Shown here piece after piece: positions 11,522 through 21,609 of a stretch of 34,234 nucleotides of DNA. Both the position numbers and the translations under genes were made by a program. Location: the NCBI RefSeq assembly GCF_001194135.2, contig NC_068983.1, positions 52,082,581 to 52,116,814 of the forward strand, read 5' to 3'. Every line of letters begins with the position of its first letter. Position 1 is the first letter of the stretch. Below the pieces are notes generated by a model. That model ran no database searches. It was not told where the DNA came from and was given only the letters and a program-made list of their open reading frames with translations. The stretch is from Octopus bimaculoides (Eukaryota).

Positions 11522-12376
11522 GTACGATGAGTAAATTGTCGCCTTATTTTTTTTTCAATTTCGCACTTGTGATAGTGTTTGTGTCTCATTTTGTCGACTG
11601 CACAGTAAAGTAGGGTCAGGTGGGCTCCGTCTGTGAGAAAAACAGCACCACGATGCAACTCACTATCCCAAAATATTGGACACGACATGCTGTAATGCTT
11701 GGCATTCGCGACGGAATCTCCAATACCGACTGTTTGGTCATCAATCTGAAGACAGTGCATGTACCGAGAGTAATAAAGGTCATACATCCATTAACCATCA
11801 TAGTATTTGGATGGATCACTAGTGATGGTGCCATTATGCCTTCATTCATATTCCCACATGGCCTCAGACTCAACAGGGAGGCCTACATCAAGTGTCAGGA
11901 GGAGGTAGTGCTGCCATGGTGAAGAGGATGGATGCTGGAAGACGTTATGTCTGGCAACAGGACTCTACACTATGCCATACAAGCAGGAGAACCTGATGAA
12001 GGCTGTCAGACAATTTCTGTGACCAAATCACTCCTAACATCTGACCAGTTAACTCCCCAGATTGCAAACCGCTTTGTTACGTGTGAGGCGCAGCTGAGCG
12101 AGAGACCAGAAAAACTCCTTTTAACACCAAAGATGAACTGAAGTCAAGGATTATGGCAGCATTCACCAGCTGAAACAAGGAGACCGGCCAGAAGAGTTGC
12201 AGAAAATAATTCTGAAGTCGTCTGGAGCCCTTAGTTGTAGCTAATGGCGATTTTGTTGAATAATATTTCAAATTATTTTTATGTAAGTTTGGTAAATATA
12301 TCTGTTAAAATGTGATGTAAGTGTTATTTTCCTTTTTGTGGAATTCAAATGATAATATATTTTCACCGCACCCTGT
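11517..12376 (+). mobile_element. Internally deleted DD37D (maT) Tc1/mariner transposon, pseudogenised
   Basis: ..HPLTIIVFGWITSDG..FIF..VVLPW, a -1 frameshift at ~11919, then YVWQQDSTLCHTS..*PVNSPDCKPLCYV*G..ELKSRI..SRLE..VANGDFVE* (stop 12261-12263). There are 37 residues between the QQD Asp and the position of the third Asp (mutated). Degenerate TIRs: ACAGTGTACGATGA at the left and TCACCGCACCCTGT at the right. Confidence 0.85.
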
Positions 12377-13069
12377 CTATATTTATTTATNNNNNNNNNN
12401 NNNNNNNNNNNNNNNNNNNNNNNNNNNNNNNNNNNNNNNNNNNNNNNNNNNNNNNNNNNNNNNNNNNNNNNNNNNNNNNNNNNNNNNNNNNNNNNNNNNN
12501 NNNNNNNNNNNNNNNNNNNNNNNNNNNNNNNNNNNNNNNNNNNNNNNNNNNNNNNNNNNNNNNNNNNNNNNNNNNNNNNNNNNNNNNNNNNNNNNNNNNN
12601 NNNNNNNNNNNNNNNNNNNNNNNNNNNNNNNNNNNNNNNNNNNNNNNNNNNNNNNNNNNNNNNNNNNNNNNNNNNNNNNNNNNNNNNNNNNNNNNNNNNN
12701 NNNNNNNNNNNNNNNNNNNNNNNNNNNNNNNNNNNNNNNNNNNNNNNNNNNNNNNNNNNNNNNNNNNNNNNNNNNNNNNNNNNNNNNNNNNNNNNNNNNN
12801 NNNNNNNNNNNNNNNNNNNNNNNNNNNNNNNNNNTTTCTCAAGCAGCATTTTCCAAGACAGTGCCTGTGAAGATTCGCTTTTAGTTCATAACATACATAC
12901 GTACATTTATCTTTTCAAATGATTTCAATTGATCCAAGTACATTTTATTATTATTATTATTATTTATTGTTAAATACTTATTGATGTTCTATTTGGTTTC
13001 CTAAAACAAGAATATTGTTGCTGAATATTTTGTAAATATATATTCCTGAATATGTATACACACATGTGC

Positions 13070-13078
<9 letters not shown>

Positions 13079-13142
<64 letters not shown>
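13079..13142. repeat. (TG)n microsatellite
   Basis: Near-perfect dinucleotide run. Confidence 0.95.
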
Positions 13143-13151
<9 letters not shown>

Positions 13152-14250
13152 TGGTAGGTATAGGTATAGAATGTTTTATTCTTTAACTTACCAAATATCT
13201 AACGATATAGAAAGTAATTGTATATTCGTAGCGTAAAAAAAAAACAAAATCTTCACAGAACGCAATTAATAAAGTTTTAAAACATTATCGTTAGACTTTC
13301 GAGAGAAGTATCGACAGGAATAAACATATTAAGGATACCAAACGATAAAGAAAGTTGCAGGCGCATGAAGTCAACAAACTGATATATGTATATATTACAA
13401 ATATATAATATGATACAAACTAAGGTATCTAATTGCTTTCAATATACTAAGGCAACCGTGGCTAATATATCAATTGATCAATTTAAGTTCAATTACTTCT
13501 AGCCACATGTAAATAATGCAACACAATAAAGGCAAATTTAATTAAAGCTAGGACTTAAAAGCAGAGATCCATCAAAACGAAACGACATCGAATTAACTAT
13601 AATTAAGTGGGGAAACCTTAATTAAAAGCAACATAACTCATGTCGCTGTATCAATGGTATATATACACGCTATCAATTTACCAATGTGCCAGTGCAAATT
13701 CTTGCAGTAAATAGGTAAATTCATTCAATTAAGAGAATCAATCGAAAGTCAAAATAATATATCAAAATGATAATATATTATACGTATAATTTCTTGCTTG
13801 ATTGTATACCTACGATGACAGATACAATCTAATTAAACGAGAACAACAGGACAAGGCAATATTGTGATTGTAGAAGAATGTAAGTTACGATATTCACCAC
13901 TGTATATAACATGTTGATAAATAAAAGAAACAACACTATGAAACTTTGATAGTGATAGAGTAAAATGAAGAGGTGATATACAGTTATAAACTGATATAAT
14001 ACAAATGTATCTTAGTAATACAGTAATATAACAGTTTAAATTATTCATATCATGTAGGGTAACTCTATAAATGAGACGTCGACAGACAGAATGAAAAAAA
14101 AATCATTGATATTTCAGTGGGGTAAAACAATATTTAAAAAAGTATTTTTCTTTCATATATATGAAAAGAAAGGAATTCGACCATATGCATACACACCTTC
14201 CGCCGAAGAAATATCCATAGACACTGCGCACACACGTACAGATTTATATC

Positions 14251-14422
14251 CTTTTCTTCTTTTACTTGTTTCAGTCATTTGACTGCAGCCATGCTAGAGC
14301 ACCCCTTTTAGTCGAATAAATCGACCCCAGAACTTATTCTATCGGTTTGCCTTTGCCGAACCGCTAGTTTACTGGGACGTAATCACACCAACATCGGTTA
14401 TCAAGCGCTGGTGGGGATAAAC
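14251..14422 (-). mobile_element. SINE 3' portion (GCGGTTCGGCAAA..GATAGAATAAGT..GGGGTCGAT..CAGTCAAATGACTGAAACAAGTAAAAG family)
   Basis: The reverse complement ends in an AAAAG-type tail. It shares the GGGGTCGAT motif with the other SINE family, and its tail with 25505-25573. Confidence 0.7.
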
Positions 14423-14440
14423 GCGGATATGCAAGTACAA

Positions 14441-14448
<8 letters not shown>

Positions 14449-14506
<58 letters not shown>

Positions 14507-14571
14507 NNNNNNNNNNNNNNNNNNNNNNNNNNNNNNNNNNNNNNNNNNNNNNNNNNNNNNNNNNNNNNNNN

Positions 14572-14604
<33 letters not shown>
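14449..14604. repeat. (TG)n-gap-(TA)n compound microsatellite
   Basis: Visible repeats on both sides of an N gap; forms the tail of the adjacent SINE. Confidence 0.9.
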
Positions 14605-14606
<2 letters not shown>

Positions 14607-14760
14607 CGGGCTTCTTCCAGCTTCCATTCACCAAATCCACTCACAAGGCTTTGGTTGGCATGAGGTTATAGTAGAAGACACTTTCCCAATGTGCCACGCA
14701 GTGGACCCGAACATGGAACCATGTGGTTGGGAAGCATGCTTCTTACGACACAGCCACTCC
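14605..14760 (-). mobile_element. Short tRNA-derived SINE with CORE-like segment and microsatellite tail
   Basis: Minus strand: GGAGTGGCTGTGTCGTAAGAAGC..ATGTTCGGGTCCACTGCGTGGCACATTGGGAAAGTGTCTTC..GAAGAAGCCCGTC(AT)n. Confidence 0.8.
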
Positions 14761-16447
14761 TATATTCATTTATATTCATATAAGTTTGTACTCACACGTG
14801 TGTGTGTGTGTGTGTGTGCGAGCGTGCGTGTGTGTGTATATGTGTGTGTTTAGATATGGATATAATCTATGCTGCGTTCGCTTGAAGTACATCTGCTTAT
14901 TCTCTAAAATTGTAGGTGTTATATTTCCGTAAGTTATACAAAACAGTTGAAAAATACTAGAAAATATATTCTGAAGAGTACTGACACAAGATAACTGGAG
15001 ATTGGCAGGATAGTTTGGTATATTTATTCATCATTACACGTGTTTCATTTGCTAATAGGAGTAATAAAATTGTACATGTAAGAGAAATATGTTAGATGTC
15101 TATTAGAAATATTTCTTTCCGTCTGAAGAATAACACCAATTAATTTTTTAATCCCCAGTTCTGATATATGTGTGTCTCTGTAAGACAGAGACGGAAGAGA
15201 GAGCGAGCGAGCGTGCGTGCGTGCGTGCGTGAATTATTTATATCCTATTCATATCACTCAAGTTTAAATTCAATGTTCTAATCTGCCTCATGCTATGAGA
15301 TGAAGGTCACCCCCACACATATACACTTTTTAATAACGGTCATCTGGAAGGGACCACGTGTTTTTCAGGAAATATTTATATGCGATTTCTGATATAGTTA
15401 TACTTCTGTGAGCGTAAACATGTTCAAAACAGAGCAATGTTATAAACATTAAACATACATTCCTAGAGAGGAATAAACGGCAATGATGATGCGTGACTCT
15501 CCATATAATATGTGTTTTTTGTGTTTACAGAGGTTGTGTTTGTGTGTGCTTGCAAGTATATATATCTAGGTGTTTGTGAGTTTATATATATATATATCCT
15601 CCACTACATTCCTCCATGGCAAGGTTTAATTTGTGTATACAAATTTTTCACATATATACGTACTAGTGTTTATCGTTGGTTCCTCTTCAATATTAGTACT
15701 TAACACTTCTGAAATTTCGGATGTCGCTATAGAGATTTCCATCTTTATCGATATAGTATTAAAATTCAAAGAAAACGGATATTACACGCATAGAGTAATT
15801 AATTTATTATCATAGTCCAGTTAATTTAATAAGTTCATTCATATTGAAGTTGCGTTTTCAGATGATTGCTAACATTCATATTTGCACTTTTAAATTGCAT
15901 TATGCAGTTGAAGAAAGCAATAACTGACTGATATTTTTCACATCTTAACGGATTTAAAGTTTATTCCGATTGAATTGTAACATGTCGTCTTGGATTCTCT
16001 TCTACAAGAGCTAAAAGGTGATTTTTTAAAACATACTAAACAGGAGATAGACATAGTTCAGAAGTACTATATCATGTTACTATTCCTACGCTTATCTCTT
16101 GTCCGGTAAGGTAAGAAAAAATCAAATTTTAGCTATTTTTAGAACAGAATACAAGCCGCACATGCTACAATTCATTCGAAATAAACTCTTTATCCGTTAC
16201 GATGTGTAAAATATCATTCAATTATGCCCTGAAGAGGCTTTTTACCGTTTTCGTCTTCATAATGCACTTTAAAAGTACAAATGGGAATGATAACAATTAG
16301 CCGAAACACACCGAAAGCAAAATGAATGAACTTATTAATTTGACTGGACAATGATAATAAATTGATTACTTTATGCAAATATACTTTGAATCTTTAAACT
16401 TTTCTCCCTCTCCCTCTCTCTCTCTCTCTTTATATATATATATATAT

Positions 16448-16593
16448 AAATTTAAAAGAGAGTCTTGACGCTGATATCCATTATTATTGAAATATATTCC
16501 TATGTCAACATTTATATAGCCTTATACAGAAATGTTGACATAGGAATAAATTTCAATAATAATGGCTATCAGCGTCAAAACTCTTTTAAATTT
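16448..16593. repeat. Long palindrome/hairpin (arms 16448-16513 and 16530-16593)
   Basis: Arms are reverse complements, with 3 mismatches and a 2-nt indel; the loop is 16 nt. Confidence 0.95.
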
Positions 16594-16855
16594 AAAATTC
16601 TGGATATATGACCAAGGAGATCGATCTTTAAGGAGTCTACTTTAGACTTTTTGCGGAGAAATCTCTTGCTATATTGGTAGCGATTACATGTTTTTCTCAT
16701 CATCAACACATTGTGGAGATATCATCATATGAACATATACATATGTATATATATATATATACAGTGATAGAAAAGGTAAGACAACAAAATAAAGAAAGAG
16801 ACCTCCATATTATGTAAATAGTAGAATTTATCTGTAAATAATATGTGACAATCGG

Positions 16856-16928
16856 TAGCCATGATAAAACTCCGAGTTTTGGAAGTCGGGCAGAAACCAA
16901 CGCCGCCATCTCTTCAGTTATCTGGCCA
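16856..16928 (-). ncRNA. Type I hammerhead motif with G12A substitution (probably inactive), in a PLE-type terminal unit spanning ~16760-16941
   Basis: Minus strand: TGGCCAGATAA-CTGAAGA-(stem II region with GGCGG/CTGCC)-AAAAC-TCGGA-GTT-TTATC-A-TGGCTA. Stem I is about 11 bp with one bulge; the GUU cleavage triplet is present. Confidence 0.65.
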
Positions 16929-17086
16929 TATCGGAGTTTTANNNNNNNNNNNNNNNNNNNNNNNNNNNNNNNNNNNNNNNNNNNNNNNNNNNNNNNNNNN
17001 NNNNNNNNNNNNNNNNNNNNNNNNNNNNNNNNNNNNNNNNNNNNNNNNNNNNNNNNNNNNNNNNNNNNNNNNNNNNNNNNNNNNNN

Positions 17087-17129
<43 letters not shown>

Positions 17130-17238
17130 TTTAAGTAGTTGTATAACGTCAGCTTAACGTTCAGAGAAGGTGTTTCGCTAGAATTATTATATGTTTACGA
17201 GAGCTAGACAGGCGTCTTCAGCCAGCAAGTCATGCTAC

Positions 17239-17281
17239 TCCAGGCTGATGACGAACAAAAACTCAGAAACATGTCCCTGGA
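17239..17281 (+). ncRNA. Minimal type I hammerhead ribozyme motif (weak stem II)
   Basis: TCCAGG-CTGATGA-CGAACAAAAACTCA-GAAAC-AT-GTC-CCTGGA. Stem I is 6 bp, the core is intact, stem III is the palindrome ACATGT, and the triplet is GUC. Stem II has only 2 bp (GA/TC). Confidence 0.7.
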
Positions 17282-17510
17282 TGCAAGCTTGGCTGAGTGG
17301 AGGTGCTTGTATCCTCCTCATAAACATAAGGACACAGGAAATGTGTCAAGGCCGACAGGAAGTGGTCCAGCTTCCTAGAGCTAAATAGCAGTAGTATGAT
17401 TCCCTTATTGGGACTGTCACGTTAAGTTGACAGTATACAGCTATTTTATCGCATCACAACTGCTTAAATCTCCCTCAGAGATTTAGAAATATATCATTTC
17501 TAGTGTGCGT

Positions 17511-17551
<41 letters not shown>

Positions 17552-17769
17552 TTTCTTTTTAAAACACTGTCTGGTTTAAAAAGCCACATCAGACGCCATG
17601 AACGGGCTAAGGTGTAGGTGCAGGAGATGGTCAAACTCTGTGTAAGGAGTAGACAACCACCACCATATATATGTATATATAGTTCAAATTTATAGAGAAA
17701 CGAAGATGAATGTAGGTGTAGAAGCAACAAGCAAGTGTATTAGTTTGACACTCGGGAAACATGGAAAAG

Positions 17770-17807
17770 CATTTTACGTTTTCAGCCTATACTCCCCGAC
17801 AGAAAGG
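17770..17807 (-). ncRNA. Decayed hammerhead-like motif, CUGUN-core family
   Basis: Minus strand: CCTTT-CTGTCGG-G-GAGT-ATAG-GCTG-AAAAC-GTA-AAAT; aligns with the better-preserved copy at 27745-27782. Confidence 0.45.
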
Positions 17808-18493
17808 AATAAGTGGAAATAAATAGAGGGCGAAGACGCTATGTTGAGTTCCGTGGTCCAACGTACGAAAGATACGGGAAAAAAAGAGGCTGAATCAAGG
17901 GGAGATAATAATAAAGAGAGTTTGATTGGAGGAGAGAAAATTCATTGTGAAGTGCGCAAGCGTGTGTGTGTGAGTATGCATGTAAGAATGGTGTGTGAAT
18001 GTTTAAGTGTGTATGTGTGAATAGTGACGAACGAGTTTGATGTGTGCGCTGCTTGTGTTTATGCAAGTTACGTGCGTGTGTATGTGTATATATTGTCTGT
18101 GTTCAGGTAATATGTGCTTGTGTATATGGGAGTATATATAGCCTGCGTTCAGGTATTGTGTGCTTGTGTGTGTGAGTATGCATGTTGGTGTGAGTACTGA
18201 GTTAAACACTGTGTGTGATTGCTTATATAATGGTATGCGTATTGACGATATTGAAGATTGTGTGTGTATGTGTGTGTGTGTGGAAGATAGTGCACTGTGT
18301 GTGGAGTGGGAATGTGTGTGGGTGTAATTGTGTGTGAAGTGAGTGATGAGTTGAATAGTGGTATAGATGTGTGTATCGTGGTACTTGTATATGAGGATAC
18401 TGAGGTAGGCAGCATGCAGGTGTGTAGGTGTGGGAGGTGAGTGGTAATCCGTGTGGAAATGGCGTGAAATGAAGAGAGGTGGTGAGTTTGGTG

Positions 18494-18990
18494 TCAGATG
18501 AAGAGCGGTGGTGAGTTGCGACCATGTGGTGCCAAAGAACGAAGAAAGAATATCAACTCTTGTTCACAGCGAAGGTAGGAGTCCTGGTGGCCTCTCTGCA
18601 GAGACAGTCAGAACAAAGACAGATGTTGAAGCGAATGAACGCTAGAGCGGAAATACCGCGAAACTAAGGTGTCAGTGGCGTGTCTAATGTCCCGGAGCTG
18701 CTCCGCGAACCAGTCAGCCAAGCGTCGTTCGAGGAAATGAAAAAAGAGAGAGAGAGAGAGCAGGAGATGCAGTAAATGGTATTACTAGTAGTGCAAGTGA
18801 AGGAGTCTTTGACATGATAAGGACCGTGATGGGTGCCTATGAAGAAGGTGGTGTTGCAGAGGTGGGTGCAGGTGCTACAGCGTGGACGGGAGCAGGAAGA
18901 GGAGCCAGGCTGGGAAACGAAGGTAACGAAGAAACGGTGGAGCAGGAGATCATGCAACTTATGGGTGCGTTTGAAAAAAGTAAGAGGTAG
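18494..18990 (-). pseudogene. PLE GIY-YIG endonuclease domain (Cys-rich Neptune-type), frameshifted
   Basis: LPLTFFKRTHKLHDLL..QPGSSSCSRPRCSTCTHL..YHVKDSFTCTTSNTIYCISCSL; after a frameshift in the CT-run, RRLADWFAEQLRDIR..VSRYF..HSLQHLSLF*..EQELIFFLRSLAPHGRN..* (TGA at 18494-18496). This gives CxxxxCxxC plus the FTC..N.IY.I.C..R..EH..P.G.N pattern. Confidence 0.85.
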
Positions 18991-20057
18991 GTTGTATACA
19001 TATATACATACATACATACATACCTAGATACATACATGCGTCGCTCTCCCATTTGACTGCGTGTGAACGGTATGAATGCGTGTGTTTGTTTTAAAGCAAT
19101 TGTTCATTATAGATATCATTGAATAAGAAATCTTTAAGAACATGTCTTCGAATATCTTAGATATTTCACCGGGAATATACAATTTGCACAATCGACATTT
19201 TTCCGTGCCGACTTTAATGTGTTTATACCAATGTCGCACATTGCTTAAATTTCATTGAATTCCTTCGTATGTCCTTTAATGTTTACACACAGTCCAAACA
19301 TTAAAGCAGTAGGAAACTTTATATATGTTTTATACAATTGTACTTATTTTTATATTCTACGCCTATTGAATTATAATGGCAACTGACGATTGCTGTGTCA
19401 AAAAGAGGGGAAAATATAGCAGTTGATAATACGAATGCATTTCTATAGAGTGTTACTTCTAGGCTTCCTTCCTTTCATCTTGTGTAAAGGACTAAAACCT
19501 TTGAATTTTCACGTTAGATAGTGTTTCATTTCGGATATAAAGTCATTTTAAAAGGATCTGTATTAAAAGAATATAAATTGCTAGAAGTTAAAAAAAAAAG
19601 CCGTGATAATAATTGTTTTCTGAGATTTTGTTTCATTTTTTCTCTTCTTATTTTGCAAAAATGATATAAATAAAAAAAATAGAAAAAACTATGACGCGTG
19701 CTGGTTACTACTGGTGATGTCTGCTTAATGGTGCTTAGATTGAACACGATTTTTAGTAGTTGTTAACGCTAGCAACAGTGAGTAAGAGAATAGAAATGTT
19801 TTCGTGTAAACTTAATAGAGCAAGTAATAAATTATTGAGGATTGGCAAATAAATTGCTAACAAGCGTAATTTGTAATTAAACATTTAATTGCATGAAAAA
19901 GCTGGAACTACTAAATTGTTAAGTGCAGCAGAATATAATCACTGACACTGAAAAGACGAAAGGTGAAGTAATTTTTATGCTATTCAAGATCGTTGCAGGT
20001 TAAAACAACGTTGTCTGTTTCGAAACTTTATCGTTATATTCATGTCAAGGTTTATAT

Positions 20058-20326
20058 GTGGAGGCACATGGCCTAGTGGTTAGAGTAGCGGGCACGTGGT
20101 CGCAGGTTCGGATCTCAGACCGGGCGATGTGTGTGTTTATGAGCGAAACACCTAAGCTCCATGCGCCTCCGGCAGAAGGTAGTGACTCTTTCACTACGAA
20201 TTTCTCTGCATCTAGCAGCTCACCTGCGATGGACCGACGTCTCGTTCCTGGTGGGGAACCTATATGCCAATGAAACCGGGAAACCAGACCTTCTGAGCTA
20301 GACATGGCATGAGAAGGAACAACAAC
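20058..20326 (+). mobile_element. tRNA-derived SINE (OR-type-like subfamily, AAC tail)
   Basis: GTGGAGGCACATGGCCTAGTGGTTAGAG..GGTTCGGATCTC; body TTTATGAGCGAAACACC..CTGCGATGGAC..GAAACCGGGAAACC; (AAC)n tail. Confidence 0.8.
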
Positions 20327-21609
20327 GTTTTATATACTTGAAACAGCAGCGAGGAAACGTGTAATTACATCCAACCGCGGGTATTCGAAGTTTTTACTAT
20401 TTCATCAATTATTGTTGCAAAGCTTTCAACTACATATCGTTATAAATATGATATAAGGTTCAGTAGAGTGCACAGATGTCTGATATTCTTGTAACTTTGA
20501 ATTGTATCACATCAACATATGAATAATGTCTACATGCGGCCATCTAATTAAGTTCCTTCACTGAGGAGATCCAGTACGCGGACGCATATCCGTAGCTGAT
20601 GAAGGTCGTACTATACGTTCTGAATCTATATCTAGTTTTAATTATTGTGTCCTTAAGAATTTATCATTTCAAATATGTACCTGAATTTTTTTTTCTCTTA
20701 GTTATCGTCGTTCCTTTTCTTTTTATTTAGTCCAAAATTAACAGAAATGTTTTATCTCTTTCCGCATCGACAAGAGTCTCTATTAATTAAGGTTATCGTT
20801 TTGTCCATTTTACGAATGTTTGATGTAAGTCTCTATCTAGCAATATAATATTTAATTTTCTTAATAGAAAGATAAACTGAAAGGAAGAGACTAATAGGGA
20901 AATATGTCATCTAGTTAACCTAAAGTATTTTATAGCAAACAACATATATTTAAATAAATAGTAAAATATTGGTTGAATATCGTTATTTGTTATGAAACGG
21001 TCATATTCTTTTATGTGGGCATTATGTAGATAGTAGCGGTTGATATTTATTCTTTGAGGTTTGGCCGTTCATACAGTAATTTCAGAAGATAATATATTTA
21101 CGTTATTTCTAATGGGTCACAAGGGTAGCTGGCTTTCATTGCTACGATCTAAAGAAATTTACATTCAATTGATAGGCTTCTCGCTTCTTGCAACACTCTT
21201 TTTCTATGGGGAATTATGGTTGCTGTTATATGATACAGACCACATACTCATCATTGTGTCCACTTACCACATGTGTGCACAGTTGAGTCATTTTTAATTT
21301 TATGTTCAGCAGGCTAATAATACAGGTAAGTCTCAGATTTAGTTTCATAAATATTTTTCATCTGACACACTTCGAGAGCATTATATTTTCACAAAAAGTA
21401 AACCATTAAAATACATGTCTTACAGTGAATAAATTCGAACTGCTGCTTTCTGAGTTCAAACGGCCACGCAGAGAATCTGTCATCGCACGTGAAATATTTG
21501 TATAGTTCAGTGTTGTTAATCCTAAACGTCAGATTGTTATAACGCCCACTTCGGTAGAGCAGCATGGCCATTAGATCAGTAATGCCCACGAATAAGCTAT
21601 GACCATCTA

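Larger units (their letters stand above)
17680..18990 (-). mobile_element. Penelope-like element 3' fragment (Neptune-type): GIY-YIG remnant, CA-rich 3' UTR, terminal repeat with hammerhead-like motif, (TA) end
   Basis: See the pseudogene at 18494-18990. The 3' terminus (17680-17830) is homologous to 27745-27871. Confidence 0.75.

Noticed and set aside
11993-12011. CTGATGAAGGCTG, matching the hammerhead start at 1093
   Set aside because: It lies in frame inside the maT transposase pseudogene; there is no GAAA and no proper stem II; coincidence.
12268-12884. ORFs of 150-190 aa
   Set aside because: Artefacts of translating through N gaps; the same applies at 14364-14853 and 16845-17157.
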